Below, in pieces: positions 1-13,108 of a DNA stretch of 64,000 nucleotides. Position numbers and translations under genes: made by a program. A model generated the notes under the pieces. It worked only from the letters and a program-made list of their open reading frames with translations, was not told where the DNA came from and did no database searches. Numbering within the stretch: the first letter of the stretch is position 1; the number at the start of each line of letters is the position of its first letter. This stretch comes from Escherichia coli (GTDB taxonomy: Bacteria; Pseudomonadota; Gammaproteobacteria; Enterobacterales; Enterobacteriaceae), in NCBI RefSeq assembly GCF_001677475.2, contig NZ_CP015229.1; one strand, written 5' to 3'.

Positions 1-1004
1 AGGAAGAAAGGGAGGCTTTTCTTGAGGCCATTCAGGCTGGTGATTGTTTCGATTTCCTTAGCCTTCTGGAATATCCCGTCGCGTTGCAGAACCAGACTGT
101 TGAGTATTACTTCGCGCTGGAACGCTGCTGCCGTTACCATCCCGACTATGTCACTGCGTTTATGGCAATGGAAGGTCCGTGGTTCATTCCTGATGATGTC
201 AAGTTACATCGCAAACTGTTGCGCTGGTACAGCTCGGTGAAAACAGGTATGGCGGAACTCATTCCTGTTGCCCAACAGTGGCAAGCAGAAGAACCAGAAA
301 GCGAAGATGCCCGTTATTACCAGTGTGCGCAACGGTTGTACTGTGGCGAGGGGGAAAGCCTGCTTGCCGATCTCTGCGCATACCGGGAGAGTTACCCATC
401 TACACAAGCCGATAATTTGTTGTTGCAGTGGAGCAAGCGTCATTGCCCGGATTATTTCGCGCTGTTAGTGATGGTTATCGAAGCGCAGAGCATGGTTGAT
501 GCGCAAGGTCAACCGTTGAAATATGTTCCTGGTGAGAGCGCCCGGACGCGGCTGTTATGGGCGGAAATTTTACATAGCGGAAAATTATCGCCGTTAGGTC
601 AATCGTTTATTGAGTCGTTATTCTTCAAGCGCAAAGCATGGGCGTGGTGGAAATCGAGAGTCGGTAGCGAGACAGAACAAGATTCACCGTTACTGGATTT
701 GTATCGGGTAGCGGAACAGGTTGTGCTGGAAGCGTTCCCGAAACAAGAGATGCTGGCCCGTCTTAATACAAGGCTGGAAGGTGGAGATGCTCATCCATTA
801 GAGGCCATTATCACCCGGATGCTGTTGACGAAAGTGAAACTCGAGCCGGAGGATGAAGATGTCGATGAGACAACACCTGAAAACCACGAAGAAATAAATG
901 ATGAGGATGAAAAACCACAGAGCATTACCAGCATTATCAAAATCAGCTTAACGGTGCTGGTGATAGGTTATGCTCTCGGAAAAATCGCGATGTTGTTTAG
1001 CTGA
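1..1004 (+). CDS. djlC: J-domain co-chaperone DjlC-like, C-terminal portion (5' end lies upstream of window)
   Basis: Reading frame is open from base 3 with no stop; C-terminal hydrophobic anchor; convergent with hscC as in K-12 synteny; too long to be ybeU. Confidence 0.45.
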   Translation, partial: EEREAFLEAIQAGDCFDFLSLLEYPVALQNQTVEYYFALERCCRYHPDYVTAFMAMEGPWFIPDDVKLHRKLLRWYSSVKTGMAELIPVAQQWQAEEPESEDARYYQCAQRLYCGEGESLLADLCAYRESYPSTQADNLLLQWSKRHCPDYFALLVMVIEAQSMVDAQGQPLKYVPGESARTRLLWAEILHSGKLSPLGQSFIESLFFKRKAWAWWKSRVGSETEQDSPLLDLYRVAEQVVLEAFPKQEMLARLNTRLEGGDAHPLEAIITRMLLTKVKLEPEDEDVDETTPENHEEINDEDEKPQSITSIIKISLTVLVIGYALGKIAMLFS

Positions 1005-1085
1005 GGAAGTGTTTTTTGCGCCGATGCCGGATGCAGCGTTTATTGAACTGCACCCCAAATGTTGGACATAATCTGACATCTGAAG

Positions 1086-1616
1086 GTGCAGTTTATGAAA
1101 CATTCATTTGAAGTAAAACTTGCCGCTGTAAATCATTACCTGGCTGGTCATGCAGGCATCATTTCTACGGCAAAACTCTTTCAACTTTCTCACACCAGCC
1201 TCTCACACTGGATTAATCTTTTTCTTCTTCACGGTCCTCGGGCACTGGATTGCAGACACAAGCGTAGCTATTCTCCTGAAGATAAACTTTGCGTGGTTCT
1301 TTATGCTCTCGGGCATTCTGAGTCTCTACCCCGGGTAGCTGCCCGGTTTAACATTCCCAGCCACAACACGGTTAAAAACTGGATAAAAGGCTACCGCAAA
1401 TCTGGTAATGAGGCCTTTATCAGGCGCAGGAAGGAGAAAAGCATGACCCGTTCTGATGATACCCATGAAAACGAGGCAAACATGACGCCGGAAGAGATGA
1501 AGAATGAGCTGCGTTATCTTCGCGCAGAAAATGCATATCTGAAAGCCATGCAGGAGCATCTCCTGGAAAAAAAGCGCCAGGAGCTGGAGAAAAAACGAAA
1601 GTCATCCAGAGCCTGA
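1086..1616 (+). CDS. IS3-family transposase OrfA (HTH, leucine-zipper-like C-terminus)
   Basis: 176-aa ORF with IS3 OrfA architecture; slippery heptamer A AAA AAG at 1568-1574 near its 3' end. Confidence 0.8.
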   Translation: MQFMKHSFEVKLAAVNHYLAGHAGIISTAKLFQLSHTSLSHWINLFLLHGPRALDCRHKRSYSPEDKLCVVLYALGHSESLPRVAARFNIPSHNTVKNWIKGYRKSGNEAFIRRRKEKSMTRSDDTHENEANMTPEEMKNELRYLRAENAYLKAMQEHLLEKKRQELEKKRKSSRA

Positions 1617-1619
1617 GGT

Positions 1620-2477
<858 letters not shown>

Positions 2478-2499
2478 ATGCCGCATCCGGCAGCCGTGT

Positions 2500-4170
2500 T
2501 TAAGGGATCTCAATAGCCAAATAATCGCTCGCCCGTCGCCGAACTTCATCGACGCGGGCCATATCGTTTGACTGCAACGCCGCATCAAAATCGGTGATCA
2601 CCCGGCCGATCTCTTCTCGCTCGTCACCCAGCGCCCGCGCCCACAACTCTTCCAGTTTTGCTTTAAAGGTACGGTTGATGAGCATATCGCGCGGATAAAT
2701 TTTCAATGCGGATAACCGCGTCCGACTCTCTTCAATCTGCTGTGCGCTCAATGTTACAGGACTGTGATTAATGACTCTGGACTTAACGCTGCCGTCTTCC
2801 AGAAGCACGTCAACTTCAAGCAACCCGTTGATATCATAACTAAAGCGAATATCAATCGACTGATAAGCCCCGGTTTTCTTCAACGGCACATCGAAGGATT
2901 CCACCAGAATGTTATTTTTAACTTTGTGGTTTTCTCCCTGATAGACGTTAACCGTAATTGAATCCTGTTCCGGGTGCATGGTCGAGTAAGTTTCTACACG
3001 CGACACCGGTACAGTGGTGTTTCGTTCAATAATCGGCGAGAAAATGCCGGAAACGCCCTGGCGGTTAACTTCAACACCCAACGAGTAAGGGCAAATATCA
3101 GTGAGGATCACCTCTTCAATATCTTCACTGCGTAAGCGGCAGGCGGCCTGGATTGCTGCGCCCAGCGCGACAATGGTGCTCGGGTCGTAACTTTGATATG
3201 GTAATTTGCCAAACAGACGTACGGCGATTCGCTGCACCAGCGGCATTTGTGATGCGCCGCCAACCAGCACCAGACTGTCGATTTGACTTGGCTTCAGACG
3301 TGCATCGCGCAACGCCTGTTCAATCGGTACTCGCAAGCGATTGAGCAGCGGCAACCACAAATCTTCCAGTTCGTTTTCGTAAAATTCGCACTTACGCGTT
3401 TCTTCCTGATACTGCCAGCTAATTTGCAGCGGTAATTGATTGCCGCATTTTGCCGCTTCCACGCTGGTGTACAGGGCTGCCAGCTCACTTTCGTTGAGCA
3501 TGTTTTTAGCCACTGCGGCGCGTTTTAAAACTTCATCCACCAGCATATGAGTAAAATCTTCGCCGCCAAGAAAGTTGTCGCCAGCGGAGGCGTGAACTTC
3601 AATCACCGGCGTGGCGTATTCGAGCACCGTGACGTCAAACGTGCCGCCACCGAGATCAAAAACCAGCGAGCGGGTATTTTGTTGCGTATGCAGGCCATAT
3701 GCCATCGCAGCTGCTGTGGGTTCATTAATTAAGCGTACCGCATTTAACCCGGCTAACTCCGCTGCTAAACGGGTATGCTTGCGTTGTTCATCGCTGAAAT
3801 AAGCCGGAACGGAGATCACCACATCTTTAATCGGACGTTGCAGAAATTCTTCGGCATCTTCTTTTAATGAGCGTAATACCAAAGAGGACAGTTCTGGCGC
3901 GTTAAATGTATCGCTGCCTAACCGCCAGTTGGTATTACTGCCCATTGCACGTTTAAATAACGCTGCCGTTTTATCCGGATGCGAAGTGCGCCGTGATACA
4001 GCCGGTTTTCCGACTAAAATATGATTATTTTCATCCATGCTAATTATGGATGGTGTTAAATATTCACCGAACTTATTTGGAATTAATTGCGCGGCACCGT
4101 CTTTCCAGACGGCAATTAAACTATTGGTAGTACCGAGATCGATACCAATGGCGAGTTCTGCATTATCCAT
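2500..4170 (-). CDS. hscC: Hsp70-family chaperone HscC
   Basis: 556-aa ORF, N-terminal IGIDLGTTNS Hsp70 ATPase motif; K-12 synteny. Confidence 0.9.
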   Translation of the reverse strand: MDNAELAIGIDLGTTNSLIAVWKDGAAQLIPNKFGEYLTPSIISMDENNHILVGKPAVSRRTSHPDKTAALFKRAMGSNTNWRLGSDTFNAPELSSLVLRSLKEDAEEFLQRPIKDVVISVPAYFSDEQRKHTRLAAELAGLNAVRLINEPTAAAMAYGLHTQQNTRSLVFDLGGGTFDVTVLEYATPVIEVHASAGDNFLGGEDFTHMLVDEVLKRAAVAKNMLNESELAALYTSVEAAKCGNQLPLQISWQYQEETRKCEFYENELEDLWLPLLNRLRVPIEQALRDARLKPSQIDSLVLVGGASQMPLVQRIAVRLFGKLPYQSYDPSTIVALGAAIQAACRLRSEDIEEVILTDICPYSLGVEVNRQGVSGIFSPIIERNTTVPVSRVETYSTMHPEQDSITVNVYQGENHKVKNNILVESFDVPLKKTGAYQSIDIRFSYDINGLLEVDVLLEDGSVKSRVINHSPVTLSAQQIEESRTRLSALKIYPRDMLINRTFKAKLEELWARALGDEREEIGRVITDFDAALQSNDMARVDEVRRRASDYLAIEIP

Positions 4171-4253
4171 TGCATTTATATCTTGAAAGAAAAAGAGATA
4201 AACAGATTAAGACCACCCGGGTAACGCGTGGTGATCTTAATCAATGACGTGTG

Positions 4254-5189
4254 TTAAGCGTAAAATTTCAGACGATCAGCCAGTAAATCAACAAAGCCCT
4301 GACGATCAACATCGACCATTACAGTGGCATTCGGTTTATTGCCGGTCAGATAATAATAATCAACAACCGTCATACCCTGGGTATATTTCCCTTGTGTTTC
4401 CACGCCAACCCAGCGCTCAACAGTGGTAAACAACTCGGGTTTTAACAGCCAGGCGATGGTGCATGGGTCATGTAGCGGTGGGCCGACAAAGCCCCATTTT
4501 TCGTCTTTGTGATATTCGAGGAAGAAATCCAGCAGTTCGGCAACAATGGTTGAAACAGGGTTGCCAATGGCGCGGAAACGCTCGGTGTCCTCAACGTGAA
4601 TTTGTGCTTTGTGAGTAACATCCAGACCGGCCATCACCACCGGGATCCCTGACTGGAAGACAATTTCTGCCGCTTCCGGGTCAACGTAAATATTAAATTC
4701 AGCCGCAGGCGTCCAGTTACCAAGCCCCATTGCGCCGCCCATAATCACGATACGGGCAATTTTGCTATGCAGTTCCGGATGGCTATTGAGCAGCAAGGCA
4801 ACGTTAGTTTGCGGTCCGGTAGACACAATCGTGACAGGTTCCGCACTTTCACGTAGCGTTTTCGCCATCAGCTCCACCGCCGTACACTTTTGCGGTGCAA
4901 ACGTCGGTTCCGGTAATGCCGGGCCGTCGAGACCGCTTTCGCCGTGCACATTGTCCGCGATAATCAACTCACGCATTAACGGTTTTACTGCGCCGCCGGC
5001 TACCGGAATATCGGTGCGATTAAGCAATGTCAGCATACGCAGAACATTGCGTAAGGTTTTTTCTGGAGTCTGGTTTCCGGCGGAAGACGTAATTGCTTTG
5101 ACATCAAGCTCTGGTGAGGCGAGGGCGAGAACTATTGCGATAGCGTCATCATGACCTGGGTCGCAATCTAACAGAATTGGCAGTGCCAT
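4254..5189 (-). CDS. rihA: Pyrimidine-specific ribonucleoside hydrolase RihA
   Basis: ORF with DCDPGHDD nucleoside hydrolase motif; start placed at internal Met MALPILLD (ATG at 5187-5189). Confidence 0.85.
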   Translation of the reverse strand: MALPILLDCDPGHDDAIAIVLALASPELDVKAITSSAGNQTPEKTLRNVLRMLTLLNRTDIPVAGGAVKPLMRELIIADNVHGESGLDGPALPEPTFAPQKCTAVELMAKTLRESAEPVTIVSTGPQTNVALLLNSHPELHSKIARIVIMGGAMGLGNWTPAAEFNIYVDPEAAEIVFQSGIPVVMAGLDVTHKAQIHVEDTERFRAIGNPVSTIVAELLDFFLEYHKDEKWGFVGPPLHDPCTIAWLLKPELFTTVERWVGVETQGKYTQGMTVVDYYYLTGNKPNATVMVDVDRQGFVDLLADRLKFYA

Positions 5190-5306
5190 TGTTGCTCCTT
5201 GTTGTGTGCTTCTTTGCGACAAGGGTACCGCCAGGATGTAACAGATACGAGGAGCGAAACGATAAAGCGTGAGATGGCGCGCACTTGGGTATGCGCGCCA
5301 GAGTGA

Positions 5307-6032
5307 TTAATGCAGGATTTTCGCGAGGAAGTCTTTTGCGCGGTCCGATTTCGGATCATCGAAGAAAGCGTCTTTCGGCGAGTCTTCGACAATTTTACCC
5401 TCGTCCATAAAGATCACCCGATTCGCCACTTTACGGGCAAAGCCCATTTCGTGGGTCACCACCATCATGGTCATTCCTTCATTCGCCAGTTCGACCATTA
5501 CGTCCAGCACTTCGTTGATCATCTCCGGATCCAGCGCCGATGTCGGTTCGTCGAACAGCATCGCGATAGGATCCATGCACAATGCGCGAGCGATCGCCAC
5601 ACGCTGCTGCTGACCGCCGGAAAGCTGCGCCGGAAACTTATTGGCATGTGCGGAAAGCCCGACGCGCTCCAGCAATTTCAATGCTTTTTCACGAGCGGGT
5701 GCTTTATCGCGTTTAAGCACTTTCACCTGCGCCAGGGTCAGGTTTTCAATAATCGACAAATGGGGGAACAACTCGAAATGCTGGAACACCATTCCCACAC
5801 GGGAACGCAGCTTCGCCAGATCGGTTTTCTTATCGTTCACCACGATGCCATCGACGGTGATTTCACCTTGCTGCACCGGTTCGAGGCCGTTAACGGTTTT
5901 AATCAGCGTTGATTTACCGGAGCCAGATGGGCCGCAAACCACCACCACTTCGCCTTTTTTCACTTCCGTTGAGCAGTCGGTCAGCACCTGAAAGTGACCA
6001 TACCATTTTGAAACATTTTTCAGGGTAATCAT
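5307..6032 (-). CDS. gltL: Glutamate/aspartate ABC transporter ATP-binding protein
   Basis: 241 aa, Walker [13 protein letters not shown] signature LSGGQQQR. Confidence 0.9.
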   Translation of the reverse strand: MITLKNVSKWYGHFQVLTDCSTEVKKGEVVVVCGPSGSGKSTLIKTVNGLEPVQQGEITVDGIVVNDKKTDLAKLRSRVGMVFQHFELFPHLSIIENLTLAQVKVLKRDKAPAREKALKLLERVGLSAHANKFPAQLSGGQQQRVAIARALCMDPIAMLFDEPTSALDPEMINEVLDVMVELANEGMTMMVVTHEMGFARKVANRVIFMDEGKIVEDSPKDAFFDDPKSDRAKDFLAKILH

Positions 6033-6706
6033 TATGCTGTCCTTCTTTTCAAGTAGCTGACCAACAACGACGCGCTAAGGCTAATAACGAAATAAACAAA
6101 TCCGGCAAACAGGATCATCTCAACCTGCGTACCATCACGCTCACCAATGGTTGAGGCGGTACGGAAGAAATCGGCCAGAGATAACACATACACCAGTGAG
6201 GTATCCTGAAACAGTACGATGCCCTGAGTGAGCAGCAGCGGCACCATCGCGCGGAACGCCTGCGGCAGAATAATCAGTTTCATCGACTGCCAGTGGGTCA
6301 TCCCCAACGCCAGCGCGGCGCTCGACTGACCACGAGAAATACTTTGAATACCGGCACGGATAATCTCTGAATAGTAGGCCGCTTCAAACATCGAAAACGC
6401 CACCATCGCCGAAATTAAACGGATATCATTTTTTGGTGATAATCCCAGCACGTTTTGCAGAAAACCCGGCACGATCAGGTAAAACCACAGCAAAACCATA
6501 ACTAAAGGAATCGAGCGGAATACGTTAACGTAGGCTTTGGCAAACCACGCTACGGGCGCAAAGCTGGACAAGCGCATCACCGCCAGCATGGTGCCCCACA
6601 AAATACCAATCACGACTGCCGTGACGGTGATTTTCAGGGTGATCACCAGCCCGTCGAGCAGATATGGCAGGGAAGGAACAATGGAACTCCAGTCAAACTC
6701 GTACAT
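6032..6706 (-). CDS. gltK: Glutamate/aspartate ABC transporter permease
   Basis: 224-aa polytopic membrane ORF overlapping gltL start; synteny. Confidence 0.9.
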
Positions 6707-7446
6707 TATTTGCCCCCCATGTTGCCGGGCAGGCGAACTTTACGTTCAACCAGCGTCATCACCAGCATGATAAAAGCGTTAATCAATACATACGCCAGCG
6801 TAATCGCGGTAAACGACTCCCAGGCGTGAGCCGAGTAGTCGAGCAATTTACCCGCCTGCGCTGCCATATCTACCAGACCGATGGTCGAGGCGATGGCGGA
6901 GTTTTTCACCAGGTTCATCATCTCTGAGGTCATCGGCGGGACGATAACGCGATAAGCATTAGGCAGCAGTACGTAGCGGTAAGCCTGCGGTAGCGTCAGA
7001 CCCATCGCCAGCGCGGCATTCTTCTGCCCACGCGGCAGCGACTGAATAGCGGCGCGTACCTGTTCGCAAACACGGGCGGCGGTAAACAGTCCAAGGCAGA
7101 GCATGGATGAAAGGAAAAACTGAATATTGGGATCCAGCTCGGCCTTAAACCACATGCCGATTTTCTCTGGCAGCAACTCCGGGATCACCAGATACCAGGT
7201 AAAGAATTGCACAATCAACGGCACGTTGCGGAACAGTTCGACATACAACGTACCCAGACCGGAGAGAAAACGGTTTGGAACGGTACGTAAAATGCCGAAA
7301 AATGAACCGACGAGGAAAGCGATAATCCAGGCGCAGATCGACAAAGCGATCGTCACCTGAAAACCACTCCAGATCCAACCAAGATAGGTGGTGTTGCCGA
7401 ACGGGGCTTGTTGTAAAAAAATACCCCAGTTCCAGTCTATAGACAT
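6706..7446 (-). CDS. gltJ: Glutamate/aspartate ABC transporter permease
   Basis: 246-aa membrane ORF; synteny. Confidence 0.9.
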
Positions 7447-7449
7447 AAA

Positions 7450-7612
7450 TCTACTCCAGAAAAAAGAGGGTAGCAGCGTTAACTGCTACCCTCGAAGATT
7501 GTTACCCAGCGTATTGCGGTTTTCAGGCCCGATGGGGAACGACCATCAGGCGTATAGTCTGTCCGTGCTACGTAACAATCGAGAGGGCTGGAATTTCCGC
7601 CCCTGGTTCTTG
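7450..7612 (-). ncRNA. sroC: SroC sRNA region (gltI 3' UTR / gltI-gltJ intergenic)
   Basis: Position between gltI stop and gltJ start matches where SroC is known to lie; stem-loop AGAGGGTAGCAGCG...CTGCTACCCTC present; boundaries approximate. Confidence 0.35.
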
Positions 7613-7615
7613 TAA

Positions 7616-8524
7616 TTAGTTCAGTGCCTTGTCATTCGGTTCTTTGAACAGAGCTTTCATTTCGTCTGACAGTTCGAAATTCATGTTCAGGTTTTTCGGC
7701 GGAATTGGATTTTTGAACCACTTATCAAACCATTTTTCCGCTTCGCCGGAGGTCTGCACCTGCGCGATGGTGTCATCCATCAGCTTTTTGAACTGCGGAT
7801 CATCTTTACGCAACATACAACCGTAGGCTTCCTGAGACTGCGGCTTGCCGACGATTTCCCAGTTGTCTGGTTTCTTCGCTTTCGCACGTTCACCGGCCAG
7901 CAGAGCGTCATCCATCATAAAGGCAACGGCACGACCGCTTTCCAGGGTGCGGAAAGAGTCACCGTGATCTTTGGCGCTGATGATGCGCATATTCATTTTT
8001 TGCTCTTCATTCAATTTGTTGAGCAAAACTTCAGAGGTAGTGCCGGAAGTGACGACTACGGCTTTGCCTTTCAGGTCGGCAAAATCTTTGATATCGCCGC
8101 CCTTTTTAGTCAGAAGGCGCGTACCGACCACGAAAATAGTGTCAGAGAAAGCCGCCTGTTTCTGGCGTTCGACGTTATTGGTGGTAGAACCACATTCAAA
8201 ATCGAAAGTGCCGTTTTGCAGCAGAGGAATACGGTTTTGTGAGGTGATCGGAATCAGTTTCACCTGCAAGTCCGGTTTGTTGAGTTTCTTTTTCACTGCT
8301 TCAACAATGGCGTTGGAGTAATCCTGCGAGTAACCCACCACTTTTTGCTGATTGTCGTAATAAGAGAAAGGTACTGAAGATTCACGGTGACCGACGACAA
8401 TCACACCGTTTTTGGCGATTTTGTCCAGCGTACTGCCCGCTGCCGGGGCGGCGTCATCTGCCTGTGCCAGTCCTGCGGAAAGCGCCAGGGCCAGGATTGC
8501 TGTGGCAGGTTTACGTAATTGCAT
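7616..8524 (-). CDS. gltI: Glutamate/aspartate periplasmic binding protein
   Basis: ORF with signal peptide MQLRKPATAILALALSAGLAQA; start set at ATG 8522-8524 preceded by AAGGAG. Confidence 0.9.
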   Translation of the reverse strand: MQLRKPATAILALALSAGLAQADDAAPAAGSTLDKIAKNGVIVVGHRESSVPFSYYDNQQKVVGYSQDYSNAIVEAVKKKLNKPDLQVKLIPITSQNRIPLLQNGTFDFECGSTTNNVERQKQAAFSDTIFVVGTRLLTKKGGDIKDFADLKGKAVVVTSGTTSEVLLNKLNEEQKMNMRIISAKDHGDSFRTLESGRAVAFMMDDALLAGERAKAKKPDNWEIVGKPQSQEAYGCMLRKDDPQFKKLMDDTIAQVQTSGEAEKWFDKWFKNPIPPKNLNMNFELSDEMKALFKEPNDKALN

Positions 8525-8920
8525 ATCCAACTCCTTTATCTTCTGCGTTAAGAACGCATGGATACCTGTTGTGAGTGTTTGTGTTGTTATCATCTGCAAC
8601 TTTATTGTGCAGTGTTGTGCCTGTTAGGTAACATTTAGTTTGGCTAAATGTAAAGATATTGCTGTTTTATTGTTTGTTTTTGCGAGTTGCGCCGCACCAT
8701 TCCGAAGCAAAATTCTTAAAATGCACTCTTTTGGTGCTACCCGTGGATTGCTGTGGTGCAACCGGGTTGTACTGATGCTGGTTCACGCTTTGCCTTGTAT
8801 AACAAAGCAATAGATGTGCCAAAGTTGGATAGGGGAATTTTGTTATCCGGATAACGCACTGATGCCGCATCCGGTGAGCGTGCCGAAATACGGGATGTAT
8901 TCCGGCACGATAAGAAGGGA

Positions 8921-10459
8921 TTATTTACGTCGTTGACGCAGACTCATCAGCACAGCAGCAAAACCAAACAGCGCCGTAAGCACCCACAGCGGCCAGTTGC
9001 CGGTACGTGCGTACGGTGTGAGTCCGGTGGTCGGCGTCACGTTAGTGGTTAACACCTCGCGGGTGAACTGCGGGATCATCGCCTGAATCTCACCCTGCGG
9101 ACCAATCACCGCCGTAATGCCGTTGTTGGTGCTACGCAGCAGTGGGCGCGCCAGCTCCAGCGCACGCATTCGCGCCATCTGGAAGTGTTGCCATGGACCA
9201 ATAGATTTACCAAACCACGCATCGTTGGAGATAGTCAGCAGGTAGTCGGTATCCGGGCGGAAGTTATCACGCACTTGCTCGCCGAGAATGATCTCGTAGC
9301 AAATAGCCGCAGTAAGCTCAATACCGTTTACCGACAGCGGCGGCTGGATATATGGCCCACGGCTGAACGACGACATCGGTAGATCAAAGAACGGTGCTAA
9401 CGGACGCAGAATCGACTCCAGCGGGACAAACTCGCCAAACGGCACCAGATGGTTTTTGTTATAGCGATCGGCTGATTCGTAGCTGTACGGCGCACCTTTA
9501 CCCAGCGTGATGATGGTGTTGTAGGTATCGTAGCGGTTCTGCTTATTGAGACGTGCGTCAACAATCCCGGTTACCAGCGAGCTACCTTTATCGCGCAACT
9601 CACCGTCCAGTGCTTTGAGGAACGGTTGCTGATTAATTTCCAGATCGGTTATCGCCGACTCCGGCCAGATAATCAACGATGATTTGCCCATCAGCGGTGC
9701 CGTTGCGTTGTAGTAAATCTTCAGCGTATTAAGAAGCTGGTCTCCGTCCCATTTCAGTGATTGCGGAATATCGCCCTGAACCATCGAAACCTGAATGGTT
9801 TTCTCCGGTTGCGGGGTAAACCACTGGATGTAACGCAGCGGGAAGGGAAGGGCGAACAGCACGACGGCCACCACCATCGGACGCCAGTTGCGTTTGACCA
9901 ACGCCAGTGCCAGCAGGCCGCTAACCATCATTAGCAGGAAGTTAATGGCTTCCACGCCCATTATCGGTGCCAGCCCTTTTAACGGGCCATCAATCTGGCT
10001 ATAGCCGAACTGTAACCACGGGAAACCAGTCAGCACCCAACCGCGCAGAAACTCGGTCACTTGCCAGAGAGCAGGGGCGGCAATCGCCACGCGCAGCCAG
10101 GTGGTTTTCGGCCACAGACGCGACAGCACGCCAGCAAACAGTCCGGTATACAGCGACAAATACGCCGCCAGCAGCACCACCAGGAAGATGTTAACCGGGC
10201 CAGGCATTCCGCCAAAGGTCGCGATGCTGACATAGACCCAGTTAATACCGCTGCCAAAGAGGCCAAATCCCCAGCAAAAGCCAATAGCGGCAGACTGGAG
10301 TGGACGGCGGTTAAAGGTCAGCGCCTGAAGCCCCATCAGCGAAATAATCGCCGCAGGCCAGACGTCGTAAGGAGAGAAGGCCAGCGTTCCGCAGGCACCG
10401 AATAATAACGCCAGCAGCAGGCGAATGCGCTGGCGTTCAATTAATGAGGCAAAAGCCAT
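8921..10459 (-). CDS. lnt: Apolipoprotein N-acyltransferase
   Basis: 512-aa ORF, N-terminal polytopic membrane domain plus C-terminal nitrilase-like domain; synteny. Confidence 0.9.
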   Translation of the reverse strand: MAFASLIERQRIRLLLALLFGACGTLAFSPYDVWPAAIISLMGLQALTFNRRPLQSAAIGFCWGFGLFGSGINWVYVSIATFGGMPGPVNIFLVVLLAAYLSLYTGLFAGVLSRLWPKTTWLRVAIAAPALWQVTEFLRGWVLTGFPWLQFGYSQIDGPLKGLAPIMGVEAINFLLMMVSGLLALALVKRNWRPMVVAVVLFALPFPLRYIQWFTPQPEKTIQVSMVQGDIPQSLKWDGDQLLNTLKIYYNATAPLMGKSSLIIWPESAITDLEINQQPFLKALDGELRDKGSSLVTGIVDARLNKQNRYDTYNTIITLGKGAPYSYESADRYNKNHLVPFGEFVPLESILRPLAPFFDLPMSSFSRGPYIQPPLSVNGIELTAAICYEIILGEQVRDNFRPDTDYLLTISNDAWFGKSIGPWQHFQMARMRALELARPLLRSTNNGITAVIGPQGEIQAMIPQFTREVLTTNVTPTTGLTPYARTGNWPLWVLTALFGFAAVLMSLRQRRK

Positions 10460-10483
10460 GTAGTTATCTATCCAGTTTCGGTT

Positions 10484-11362
10484 TTATTCATCCAGCTTCG
10501 GCTGGGGTGAGTCATCCGGGATTTTGACATGAACCTGAATAATACGCCGACTGTCGGCCATCGCCACTTTGAACTGGTAACCGTCGATGTCGATGGTTTC
10601 GCCACGCGCCGGAAGATGCCCAAATGCCTGCATCACCAGACCACCGATAGTGTCAACCTCTTCATCGCTAAAGTGGGTGCCGAACGCTTCGTTGAAGTCT
10701 TCAATGGAAGCCAGTGCGCGCACGGTCCAGGTATGACGGCTCAGCTGACGGAAGTCGATATCATCTTCTTCGTCATACTCGTCTTCAATCTCACCAACAA
10801 TCAGTTCCAGGATGTCTTCAATGGTCACCAGACCGGAAACCCCACCGAATTCGTCAATGACGATCGCCATGTGGTAACGCTGAGAGCGAAACTCTTTCAG
10901 CATCCGGTCTACGCGCTTACTTTCAGGAACGACAACCGCCTGACGTAACACTTTGTCCATGCTGAAGGCTTCAGCATCGCTGCGCATAAACGGCAGCAAG
11001 TCTTTCGCCATCAGAATCCCTTCAATGTGATCTTTGTCTTCGCTAATCACCGGGAAACGTGAGTGGGCGGACTCGATGATGACATCAAGGCATTCGTCCA
11101 GCGTCTGGTTGCGTTTCAGGGTAATCATCTGGGAGCGGGGGATCATGATGTCGCGGACGCGTTGGTCTGCGATGTCCATCACCCCTTCGAGCATATCGCG
11201 CGTATCTTCGTCGATAAGGTCGTTCTGCCCGGAATCACGGATCAGCGCCAGCAGTTCGTCACGGTTTTTCGGTTCACCGTGGAAAAGTTGGCTGAGTAAC
11301 AGGGAGAAAAATCCCTTCTTGTTGCTTATCGTGTCACTACTGTGTGAATTGTCGTCGCTCAT
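10484..11362 (-). CDS. corC: CBS-domain Mg/Co efflux-associated protein CorC (YbeX)
   Basis: 292 aa; synteny upstream of lnt. Confidence 0.85.
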   Translation of the reverse strand: MSDDNSHSSDTISNKKGFFSLLLSQLFHGEPKNRDELLALIRDSGQNDLIDEDTRDMLEGVMDIADQRVRDIMIPRSQMITLKRNQTLDECLDVIIESAHSRFPVISEDKDHIEGILMAKDLLPFMRSDAEAFSMDKVLRQAVVVPESKRVDRMLKEFRSQRYHMAIVIDEFGGVSGLVTIEDILELIVGEIEDEYDEEDDIDFRQLSRHTWTVRALASIEDFNEAFGTHFSDEEVDTIGGLVMQAFGHLPARGETIDIDGYQFKVAMADSRRIIQVHVKIPDDSPQPKLDE

Positions 11363-11451
11363 GGCGTCGTATGGGTTCTCATGTTAGTTAATCAAAACGC
11401 CGTCGTTAATCACCAACGGCGGGGACATCTGCCAGTCAAATGCCTGGCAAA

Positions 11452-11919
11452 TTATTCTTTCTCGGCAATGTACGGATCCTCATAGCCCAGAGCAAGCATA
11501 ATCTCTGTTTCGAGGGCTTCCATTTCTTCTGCTTCGTCATCTTCGATGTGATCGTAACCTAACAAATGCAGACTGCCGTGCACCACCATATGCGCCCAGT
11601 GCGCCTCCAGTGGTTTGCCTTGCTCCTGTGCTTCCTTCTCAACCACCTGACGGCAGATAACCAGATCGCCCAGTAGCGACATTTCCATGCCAGGCGGTAC
11701 TTCAAACGGGAAGGAGAGCACGTTGGTCGGCTTATCCTTACCGCGATAGGTCAGATTCAGACTGTGGCTTTCGGCGGTATCGACCACGCGAATCGTCACT
11801 TCCGATTCTTCCTGAAACTGCGGGATCACCGCATTCAGCCATGTCTGAAACTGGCTCTCTTCCGGTAACCCGGAATTATCTTCACATGCCAGTTGTAAAT
11901 CGAGGATCACCTGACTCAT
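11452..11919 (-). CDS. ybeY: Endoribonuclease YbeY (rRNA maturation)
   Basis: 155 aa with metal-binding [11 protein letters not shown] motif. Confidence 0.9.
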
Positions 11920-12956
11920 TTTTGTTCCTGTTCTTCGCGCTTGCGTTCTGCTGCCAGCGCCGCTTTACGTTTTTGTTCGGCTTCTTCCCAGGCTTCATAA
12001 GCGTTAACGATACGCGCCACCACCGGGTGACGAACCACGTCTTCGCTGTGGAAGAAGTTAAAGCTGATCTCTTCGACATCGGCCAGCACTTCGATGGCAT
12101 GACGCAAACCTGATTTAGTATTACGCGGCAGGTCGATCTGTGTGACGTCGCCGGTGATAACCGCTTTTGAGTTAAAACCGATACGGGTCAGGAACATCTT
12201 CATCTGTTCGATGGTAGTGTTCTGGCTCTCATCGAGAATGATAAATGCGTCGTTCAGCGTACGACCACGCATATAGGCCAGCGGTGCGACTTCAATAACG
12301 TTGCGCTCAATCAGTTTCTCAACTTTCTCAAAGCCCAGCATTTCAAACAGCGCGTCGTACAGCGGGCGCAAATACGGGTCTACTTTCTGGCTTAAATCGC
12401 CAGGCAGGAAGCCCAGTTTCTCACCGGCTTCTACCGCCGGACGAGTCAGCAGAATACGGCGAATTTCCTGACGCTCCAGGGCATCAACTGCCGCAGCCAC
12501 TGCCAGGTAGGTTTTACCCGTACCCGCCGGGCCAACGCCGAAGGTGATGTCATGGTCGAGAATATTGGCGATGTACTGCGCCTGGTTTGGCGTGCGCGGC
12601 TTGATTACGCCGCGTTTGGTTTTGATATTGACCGCTTTACCATACTCCGGCACGCTCTCCGCGCTTTGCTCCAGTACCCGCGCTTCTTTAATCGCAAGGT
12701 GGATCTGTTCCGGTTCGATATCCTGAATCTGACCGCGCATCGGGGCTGTATCGACATACAGGCTACGCAGAATGTCTGCCGCAGCGGTGACGCAAATCGG
12801 ACGGCCGGTCAGTTTAAAGTGGTTATCGCGGCGATTGATCTCGATGCCGAGACGGCGTTCGAGTTGTTTGATGTTGTCATCAAACGGGCCGCACAGGCTC
12901 AACAGACGCGCATTGTCTGCTGGCTCCAGGGTGATTTCGCGAGTGTCTATGTTCAA
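11916..12956 (-). CDS. ybeZ: PhoH-like ATPase YbeZ
   Basis: Walker A GPAGTGKT; start assumed at TTG giving the 346-aa K-12-like form (ORF could extend to 12995). Confidence 0.85.
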
Positions 12957-13108
12957 ACCGTTCCTCTTATCTGTATGCCGCCGGAAGCTGAACATTCACC
13001 GGCCTATAAGGAAATTATTCACGCCACAGGAAAAAGGCGCAAGCATTGCGATAAAGATGGGGATAAAGAGAGAAAAAACAAGGCCCACCGGAACGGCGGG
13101 CCTGAGAA

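Noticed and set aside
22-240. 72-aa ORF at the window start
   Set aside because: It overlaps, in another frame, the reading frame that is open from base 3 and continues into the 306-aa djlC-like ORF
5310-5912. Long antisense or alternative-frame ORFs inside core genes (e.g. 5310-5912 in gltL, 23628-24554 in nagE, 25795-26637 in glnS, 32835-34235 in pgm, 20205-21047 in nagC)
   Set aside because: Each is embedded opposite or out of frame within a well-supported conserved gene and has a His/Arg-rich or otherwise atypical composition
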